The notes below the pieces were generated by a model, which saw nothing but the letters and a program-made list of their open reading frames with translations, had not been told where the DNA came from and made no database searches. A DNA stretch of 64,000 bases, from assembly GCF_001194135.2 (NCBI RefSeq), contig NC_068984.1, positions 63,434,211 through 63,498,210 of the forward strand, read 5' to 3'. Positions 51,807 through 64,000 of the stretch are shown here, in pieces (the first letter of the stretch is position 1; each line of letters begins with the position of its first letter). The translations under genes were made by a program, and so were the position numbers. The stretch is from Octopus bimaculoides. Its lineage: Eukaryota.

Positions 51807-53174
51807 TTATTTAAACATTATAACATATTTATCTAAAGTGTTTTGCATTACTGAATATCAGAAAATAATAAACACAAATTTGAATTCACTCAACTTAATG
51901 CAGCCTATGAGAGCAACACATTTTGTCAGCTGTTAATCTTAGAATTTGTTAATCTTAGAATTTGTTAAATAGAAAACAAATTAGCATTAAAATCTGAGAG
52001 ATATTCATAGATAAACTACCTGTAGGTAATGAATGAATTAGCAGCTTTTTCGTAGTAACTTGCTTGAAAGTAAATATCCGACTTGAACTTTGTTGATTGT
52101 ATAACCTGAACATAGCATGGCGTCTTTCTCTGCAATCATATAAATATCTGGAGAAAAAATATATTATCCGTTACACACTCGATGACTTCGAATGGGCAAC
52201 CATATATGTGTTTTATATTGTTTTTCACTTCGAGCTCATGCGTCTCAGACAACTTGCAAAATTCCATATCTACAGAGAAGGGGATGTTGCGATTAAAAGA
52301 CGGAGGCAGAGAAAGAGATAGACAGACGGACGGATGCAACGAGAGAGAGAGAGAGATGCTTGGAGAAAAAAAGAGAAAGGGAGAAAGATAGACGGAAAGC
52401 GTGAAAGAGAGGGGTGGTCAGCAATGGAGGACGTGAAAGAGGGAGGGAGGAAAAGAGAAGGAGAAAGGGAGAGGTAAAGGGAAAGAAGGAAATGTGAATA
52501 TCTTTAGATGGGTATATTAAGGTAGCTAGGCACATTGGGCACACACAAACTTGTCTTTGTAAGAAGACCTGTAGGAAATTACTTTATTACAGATTCCGTA
52601 ACGTTAAATGACATCATTGGCATATTTGTGCGGTATAAATTCAGGCTAATCAAGCATTGTGAGTAAAATAAGATAGATCCAAACTTTAAGGTATCCAATC
52701 TTCGACCATAGACTTCGCTTCATAAATCATGGAATGTAACTCGATATCCAATTTGATACATCCACGTGACCATTATTTGAGTAAAGTAGTACGGTTTGAA
52801 CATTCGAACAGAATGTCTTCTCTGCAGATAAATACTTACTTTTTCCATTTCCGCAAAGCCTGAAGACGTAATGGACGTTGTTTTGCGTACTATGACTAAA
52901 ATAGCATACAAAACAAGCACGTTTTTAAGGAACCGCGTTTTGGACTCTCTTTCTATTCATGTTAGAACTCCATCAATTACGTCTATCGAAATTAATGGAA
53001 ATTTTACGAGCAGTTCCTCTCTTCTGAAGTAAACGTAATTGGTAATATGCCAACCTCCAAGAAAAGCAACAATAATTGAAATTATGGCAACAGCGTATCG
53101 CTATAAACATTCCTTATCTTAAGGACTCTCTTAGGTCCATGCTTAAACATATATGTACACACATACACACACAC

Positions 53175-53257
<83 letters not shown>

Positions 53258-54478
53258 AGCGATTTAAGTAAAAGATCGTCAAGGCTATATGAACAGTATT
53301 ATATGCTGGTGTGATGGATATGTATGCGGAAGTTCAAAAGTAAATATTAATCCAGTTATCTGTGGAAGTATAGAATGTGATGAATAAAGGAAATACAATA
53401 ACAATTTCTTTCAGCATGCATTAAGTTTACTCGTTATTATGTTCAAATATTTAATATTCCCTTTTTTACACATACTCGAATTCATATGTAGATCAAATTT
53501 GATTTGTATTTCAATCTACTGTTATTCCTCTATTTCATTATTTTTCCTTACAGGAATAAATACACATTTCAAATGTACGTCATGTTATATATAGACATTT
53601 TGCCTGTCCTTTTATGAAGCATTTAAATAAAAAATTTCCCTGAGCTGTTCTCTCCAAATATGCTGCTCTAGGAATAAACAGTTAACGTAAACAGATATGC
53701 ATTCGAAGCCTTACATTTCATAGTCTCATTTCTTTACCTTGGACTATTTTATAAGTGTTCTTTGCATACTCAGATATATTCAAAGTGAGTCTGACTTTAT
53801 CTATAGTTAATGCTTCTTGGAATCTACTTAAAGAAATCAATATTATATACACACTCGTAATGTAATTTCCTGTAATTAAAAAAAACAGTAACATGTTTGA
53901 TTCTCATTAGTTCACACATTCCAATTGGTAATACGTTCTCTCTTTTATAACGTTTGTACCATCTGATTGTCTTTTTAGTTAAGATTATTTTTAAAGTTGA
54001 TGAGCTTTCTATACTCTAAATAAATTCCAAAAGTGTAATAAGAGATTGACAGGAAAGCTTCCGTTTAAAATACTTTAGAGTTGACCCATTTACTGCTAGC
54101 TGACTTAAAATATTGACTTAAATATAAGCTTCAAAATGATGTCACACCACGACTACCATTTTCATATTCCAAGTTAATACAGTAGATTATTCCACATATT
54201 CAATATATATTTCGACAAGCTCACATGGAATGCCTATGGCGATGCCTTTACTTTTCCTGCCCAATTTGTGATGGATAAATGAATTAACTATACTAGCATG
54301 TATATGTGATGCAATTTACACAACCTTTTCAGTGAGAATTTCCCTGAATACACTAAGCACTCGCAGGCAAAACTCAGAGACTAACGAGACCAAAAAATAT
54401 ATATATTAATTCCATGTCTGGTACTGAGTATTCTTTCTTCCGAAGTGCATATATATATACATATATATATATATATAC

Positions 54479-54523
<45 letters not shown>

Positions 54524-55639
54524 TAAGTGGTAGGTTTGCCTCAATCCTTCAGGGGTAGTCTGAAACGTACGTAAGTGACTATGACATAATATACAAAATG
54601 ACTCATTACATAACCTAAACCTCCACACTGACTCATTTCACAAGCTCCACATACTAAAACAACGGCTATCTAGTCCAACGAAGATGCTTTTTCTTGTATT
54701 TGTTGCTCCATTCTCCAAGTAAATATATATATATATATATACTGAGAGGAAAAGAGCAGAGAGAGAAGGAAGATAGAAAGAGAATGTACTCCTCAATGAA
54801 TTATAAGCTTCGCTTAAATCCTAGTATATCACAGACAAAGCTCGCTGGTTTGCCAATATAATATTTGAAAATATATCATCAATTCTGTGGTTGAATATTA
54901 GTCAGAGTATATCGATCTAATAGTTATAAATCGTGTCTCAACCTACATTGTTTCGGAAATTAGTGTATTTTGTTTGAGAGATGAATCATTCTATGAATTA
55001 AAATGGAAAGGTAAATAGGTAATAGCAGACGGAGGTGTGAGTGACTCTAAAAAACAACACGCTGTATTATGATAAGCTTACATGACAAAACTAGAAATTA
55101 CGTAGACCAATATAAACGAGATATTAGAGCATAATATTCAGAGGGATGCATTCCATGAAATTAGATCCCTATCCCCGGAATCAGTGTTGAGTACTACGTA
55201 GGACGGTGAGGATGTAAATCTTAAATTTGTTTATCTTAATTGCAAATATTCCCTGAATTCGGTACAGCATATTTCCAAACTCATATACAAGTTTGCTTGG
55301 TAAGCTAAATGTAGTTACGACACAATATATAATCGCACACACTATTTGCTCTAATATAGTATTATTTTGTAGGCATTTGTAAGTGAAATGGTGAGTTCGG
55401 TCATTTGATGCTTTTATGAAGTAAAAAAGCATGAAGTGGAGTAAACATATATTTTGGATTCGAAAAGAGTGTTTGGCGTATCTAAATTATTGTGAGAACA
55501 CTGCCGTATATTCTTCAGAGTATATTCATAAAAGAGAATTCAGATTGGAAACTGAATATACGTTGTACGTTTCGTAAGATACATAGCAAAATTAATGCTA
55601 TTTACATGTGAGTAAAAGTTTTAGTATAGAAAAGTATGT

Positions 55640-56110
55640 GCAAAGTGGAAACCTCGTAATTTCGAGACACGGCGTAAACGAAGAAGAATGGCAGTCTGCT
55701 TAGATCTTATGCCAGGAGATCAGAACAGGAATATTCTATCTAACGTACTGAGATACACTGAGAAATCCACAACATTCAAGAAGAGATTACGATGTATAAC
55801 TCGTACAAGAAGCTGAAAAGGACACCCATTCATCGTTATATGCGTACGTCCTCACATCTTTGGCAACAATTAAGTCAATTGATGAACTTGCCTGGTCAGT
55901 TGTCCACTTTAACTTCCACCTATCCTATCCAGTTCACGAAGGACGGTGTTCTGTACCATGGATTTCATGGCAACGACGAGGTAAAAGTGGCTGTGAAGGA
56001 GAAAGTACTCCAGGGGATATTTTAATTTTTTTCAAAAAGGATTCACGTGTTTCGTTCAACGATGATGCAAATGGGTTACTTGATTTTGAGAGAATATTAA
56101 ATACCTTTGT
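55640..56110 (+). pseudogene. Mariner transposase C-terminal relic
   Basis: Frameshifted A-RPH, TIKSIDELAWSVVH (cf. LGWEVLPHP) and GFHGNDEVKVAVKE (cf. RFxxDEEVKxAV). Confidence 0.6.
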
Positions 56111-56175
56111 ATAAAGGAAGAGCTATTTCTCCAACAAGTATAATTTGATACCCTATATAATTTAAAAGTTAGAAT

Positions 56176-56405
56176 GGCGGCGAGCTGGCAGAATCGTTAG
56201 CACGCCAGGCGAAATGCTTAGCGGTATTTCGTCTGCCGTTACGTTATGAGTTCAAATTCCACCGAATTCGACTTTGCCTTTCATCCTTTCGGGGTCGATT
56301 AAATAAGTACCTGTTACGCACTGGGGCCGATGTAATCGACTTAATCCCTTTGTCTGTCCTTGTTTGTTCCCTCTCTGTTTAGCCCCCTGTGGGCAATAAA
56401 GAAAT
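56176..56405 (+). mobile_element. Well-preserved tRNA-derived SINE (family A)
   Basis: GGCGGCGAGCTGGCAGAATCGTTAGCACG (A-box-like), GAGTTCAAATTCC (B box, 56248-56260), CGACTTTGCCTTTCATCCTTTCGGGGTCGATTAAATAAGTACC core, A-rich end; homologs at 1700-2095, 41118-41510 and 48340. Confidence 0.9.
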
Positions 56406-56478
56406 ACATATAAGCTAAAATGTTACAGTCTCTATTACATAGACACAAACTCATACACACAAACGCAGACACACGCAT

Positions 56479-56509
<31 letters not shown>

Positions 56510-57405
56510 CACACACACACATATATCTGCAGAAGTTTTACTGTGTATATTCACTGATACACTAGTTCTCAGGCTGAAAGAGCATGTATTATTCAACATA
56601 CACTATAGCCAATCAGACAACTCAGAAACGGTATATTTTCGGTACAAGCTATAACAATGAAATTACCAAATGTACTAAATGCATGCAGTATTTTCCTCTT
56701 ATAAATACGTGGAAGCTTAAGTTGTTCAAATTTACTATCCAATAAATCAATAAATTGAAGTAAAACGAATTTATAATAGATAAACGAACAAGACTGTAAT
56801 GAAAGCTGCACCGTATTTATGTCAACGGAACAAATATATCTCTTGTTTGCGATCATTGTCCCTACATAACCATACAAGATTCAGATTTTGTAGGCATGAT
56901 ATAGGGGATTGAAATATACCAATTAAAGAATGTATCTCTTCTACTAATTGTATATAATTAAATTTGTATTTGGAAATGTATTTTGAAGTCAACCTTGATC
57001 TAGATATTTAATCATAGCATCATGCATCAATCTCGTATCATCGTTAAATTATTACTTTTGCCAATGTGATTTACTAACATCATTATATTAGGCAAGTGTG
57101 GCTTTTATACTTGTTAATAATTCATAAACCATCACAATTACCTTGATTAACATTTAACGAATGGAAAGCTTTAATTAGAAATACAGCGACGCATTTGCTT
57201 CGAACGAATGTTTATAGTAAATTAGTTTTATTTGTGGAATAAACTAACTAAAAATACAAACGTAACGTACATCCACGTTCATGCAATAAAATATCTGCTA
57301 TAACTAACCGGATCAAAATGATTGCAGAGGAAAAGGGATTACTAATAACCATGTCTCAATTAACATATGTACATATGATGACAAAATATTTCCCTTCGTG
57401 TTGAA

Positions 57406-57703
57406 CAGGGGTTTTTAAACTGTGGTCCGTGGACCACAGGGGGTCCGCAAGGACAAGACAGGGGGTCCGTGAACAGCAGATACTTTTTTATGGGCAATTT
57501 GATTTTATATATGCTTTTTAATCGAAATTGCTTAATTGACAATAAACCTATTTGTTAAATACTGTTAAATAAATAAACGTAAAAATATATGTTATTTTAA
57601 GCAAATATTTATGTATAAATTTCATAAGCGTTTATAAGTGGATCCCAAAGGTAAAGCCTGAAATATAAAGGGGTCCGCAAGTCATAAAGTTTGAAAACCC
57701 CTG
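57406..57703. mobile_element. hAT-type MITE, 298 bp
   Basis: TIRs CAGGGGTTTTTAAACT / rc CAGGGGTTTTCAAACT (15/16); 8-bp TSD GTGTTGAA / GTGTAGAA (7/8); internal GGGGGTCCG subterminal repeats. Confidence 0.92.
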
Positions 57704-58445
57704 GTGTAGAATAACTTGCTGATAAAAAGTCAAGAACATTTCACAGAAGCATAAATATTGAAAGGAAATCGAGCACTGGTAGAAATATTTTAGTGTTGAT
57801 GGGGAAAATAAATATACCAATTAAAAATTCCATTTCTATTTCTCAGTAATTTCCGAAAATCGAATTCTGAATGCAAGCCCTTTTATTTCAATTCTGCATA
57901 GATAATTATTTGTCCGCAATAAGTTCAATTGCATTTCGCCAATGCTACAGTTGATTACCTTATCCGATGCCCAAGAACCTAACAGGCTGTCTATTTTTCG
58001 TTCTGACGTATGACAAATTCACGTATTGAGTGACTTTTTCGCGTTTATACAAAGATATACGCAGACTTCACGTATCCAGTAAGTATAAAATTCTGTACTC
58101 ATAGGATTAACGTTCCCTAATCAACTTTAAGTACACAGATGCACATACACCTATGGAAATGAGATGCTGCAGCGCTTTAATCTTTTGAATATATTTTAAA
58201 TAAGGACAGCCAGTAACACCTATATAGACTTCCTTGATGGCAAGCCAGCAATGAAATATGATAAACAGCAGCAAAACATTATTCCCTAGATATGAATATT
58301 GTTGTCAAATCGGGATAATCTAAAGCTATATGCTGCTTGTCTGTCTATCTGTCTCTCTATCTATATTTATCATGTTGGTGTGCATATGCAGATTAGTATG
58401 TATATTCATGTATATATATACACACATACACACACACACACACAC

Positions 58446-58485
<40 letters not shown>

Positions 58486-58739
58486 GAAAAATATTGTTGT
58501 AGGTACAAAAAACCATAAACAATTATAGAAAAATGGAGGAGAAAAAAGATGTTGAATCAAAATTAGATTTAATGCAAAATAGGATTCAATAAATACGTGC
58601 GTTTCAAAGGACGATACAAATATGTAAGAAAAAAAACTATAACCATAGTAATCATAATTAAATTTATGCATTGTCATTTTCATCAGTGGGAAAACACAGT
58701 GACACAGAAGAAATAAAATCGGATACCAGCAATGAATTC

Positions 58740-61230
<2,491 letters not shown>

Positions 61231-61881
61231 CATAAGGGATGTTGTCAGACTATTTGAGTAAGATGCGTAAATTATAAAATTCCAAATACTGAACTATTTC
61301 GTACAAATAAAACTGCTCGTTTTCTTTAAATATCCTATTTTCTTTCTTTTAATATCAGAATTAAGATAGAGAGTTCTTGTTCTCAGAATGAGTAACAAAA
61401 TAATTCAAAGAGGACAAATCCATAACGGGCGGGAAAACGTGAGTAAAATATGTTTGAAGCGCGAGGTAAAGATCAAATCTAACTTGAATGTGACAATAAT
61501 TACTGCAAAAACACTTGAACAAATACTGCATTAATTCTCAATGAATGTAGGTTCGCTGACTATAAGTCATAAAACGCTATAGATTATGCACTCAAGATCA
61601 AGTGAAAGAATTCGGACGGAACACAACGTCTCGATCTTGCATACCAACAATTTTGTACATCAATCTTTCGTTATATCAATGCACTTGATTTGTCTGGATT
61701 AAAGCCGCACATGCAACATAGAAATAGGTTCTTTTAAAATTTCTGTTGGAGGGTCATACGGCGAAATTGATGTTATCCAACACTCCCACACAAGCCTCCA
61801 CATTCACACTCACACCTCCCACCATATATAGATACACGCAAACATATATACATAAATACACAAACACACGCACGCACGCAC

Positions 61882-61979
<98 letters not shown>

Positions 61980-61984
61980 GTGAG

Positions 61985-62200
61985 GGCACACGGCGTAGTG
62001 GTTAGGGTGTTGCACTAGTGATTTTTCTTTCAGTTCCTAGACCGGTTGGTGCGTTGAACAAAACATTTCGTCTCACCTTAATCTGTGACCACCTCTACAC
62101 CTGAATCGAGCTACACCGTGTAGCTGTTCAGAGAACGTCATTTTGATGGAGAAAGTGAGCTTATGTGCGATATGAGGATTTGATAACTATAAACAGTTCA
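61985..62200 (+). mobile_element. Decayed tRNA-derived SINE
   Basis: A-box-like CGGCGTAGTGGTTAGGGTGTT head directly after a (CA)n tract; degenerate body. Confidence 0.55.
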
Positions 62201-63050
62201 TTCTTCAAAACATACAGAAATTAAAACGATTTTAGGGAAAGTAACAAACAATAATATGATCCTATATATTTCGGGTTTACAACTTTGCTTCTTCAAATGA
62301 AAGAATGCCATAAAATAACTTCCTTAGCACACAGACATGCATACACACACTAGGTAAAACTTCTGTGCGAATTATGTTAATTCTTGCAGTGTGCACGTGC
62401 AAATTTACAGTTCAAACCTAATTGAAATGATCTTTTTCTATTATATAATTTGTGTTTGTGATGAGCGTATTTCAAAAGCTGATCATCGTTATAAAGTTAA
62501 CGATGAAATCCTGTACGTTACCTATTCTTTCTAGCATGTCCCAGGTGACATTTCCGTCCCCCATCTTATTTGTTTCCTAAATTTCTTCCGATTCCAATGT
62601 TTCCGACACAGGAGATGAGGATTTCACCCACAAAGCACTTTTTTAATATTTTAATTTTCTCCCTCTCCACAACAAATTATTTTTTTTACTTTTAAAAGAT
62701 TTTTATTCTTAGTAATCCATGGAGGAAAAAATAGAGCACGAATCTTTATAGTACTTGCATAGTATTCAAATACAAGGGGCATTTTCCTGGTTTCTACGCG
62801 TCTCTGTCCCTCTTGTTTATCCTAAACAGCAGTAGTAGTAAAGCAAGGAAGGAGGTGGCGGAGACGAAAAAGAAGAGGAAGAAGGAGACAGAATAATAAG
62901 AGAATGCAGGATGGTAGGATAGTAGTAGGATTTTAAATGGTCAAGTGACCAAAAAGTGGCTCGTTATGGATTATAGCAGTGATAAGGACTGTTTCTAATG
63001 AATTCTTGGGTATCTCATTCGAATGTATCATTTTTAATATTTGCGTTTAT

Positions 63051-63263
63051 CTAATCTACGTTCGTGGTGGATATGTCATTTGTTGTAGATGTGTTCAAAA
63101 AGGGTCTGTATTTTGTAACAAAGGGAGATTCGTTACTAATTTGTAGGCTACAGGTTGTATCGTCCCTGAATTGACAGAGAGGAAAAATTTTGAAGCTTGG
63201 ATTTTTGTTATTGGCGCAAATGTCGATGGGTTGGCTGAATGCTATTTTCCTGTTCTTCGGAAT

Positions 63264-63269
<6 letters not shown>
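63051..63269 (-). pseudogene. C-terminal PLE GIY-YIG fragment (same type as 42890-43036)
   Basis: [46 protein letters not shown] matches the C...F.IFP...E..F..KY.P.LN pattern. Confidence 0.55.
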
Positions 63270-63302
<33 letters not shown>

Positions 63303-63404
63303 CTTGTAAATGGATGCGTGGCGTTCAATTATATAATAATATAAATAATATATATATATGTATACATATATGCATACATATATGTACATATATATATACA
63401 TATA

Positions 63405-63443
<39 letters not shown>

Positions 63444-63969
63444 ATATGTATATATATATATATATATATACAAACATACATACACATACACCGATATATA
63501 TATATATATATATATATGGGAGTTTTTTGTGACTATACAAATTCGTAACCAGGTAACTATAATTGATCTGCAATCGATATAACAGCAACAACAGATACAA
63601 TAACCTATATCTTGATATGAGGGGTTGTCAGACAGCATCTACATGTATCGTATAATATACACTGCTTCAGAATTCATGTAATAAATCACCTTTGTTTACT
63701 AATTCTGTAACTTACGCTCTGTTTTGTTAATATCGATTATCAGAGAAGATGCACCTACTTTGAAATTGTTTATTTTCTTTGATGAGTTTAGTAAACATGA
63801 TATACATTTCATAATAGGATTGACTGCAAATATTTGTCTGCATGCATATTTGCACACACATTGCTAAACACCTACACCTACACCTACACATACACGCAGA
63901 CACACATAAAGACACATATACAAGATGCACTCACGCGCGCACACACACATATATGTACATATATATACG

Positions 63970-64000
<31 letters not shown>

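Noticed and set aside
53554-53574. Possible 21-nt plus-strand microexon after TTTTTCCTTACAG
   Set aside because: Weak donor (AT|GTACGT), no supporting neighbouring exons, and easily arises by chance.
61550-61590. CTGACTATAAGTCATAAAACG downstream of the large PLE as a hammerhead
   Set aside because: Two core positions are wrong (CUGACUA, AAAA); it could be a dead relic but cannot be supported.

Overview
AT-rich eukaryotic genomic DNA from a gapped short-read-style assembly, with many N runs beside microsatellites. The repeat families look like those I recall from Octopus / coleoid cephalopods (inference from memory, not a search). I cannot support any host protein-coding gene; most long ORFs in the track are microsatellite or N-run artefacts. 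The window is a mosaic of decayed mobile DNA. Retroelements: Penelope-like elements (PLEs) of apparently three types, R4/Dong-like, RTE-like and Tx1/L1-like LINE fragments, and several tRNA-derived SINE families. DNA elements: a full-boundary Chapaev3-like (CMC) transposon with TIRs and TTA TSD, two mariner relics, a hAT MITE and a Helitron remnant. The most notable signal is invisible to the ORF track: a ~180-bp repeat present five times that carries a type I hammerhead ribozyme motif (intact at 32721-32766, minus strand). In one copy it lies downstream of a Penelope endonuclease ORF and behind a tRNA-like Pol III promoter, and it twice occurs as divergent inverted pairs anchored on trinucleotide microsatellites.
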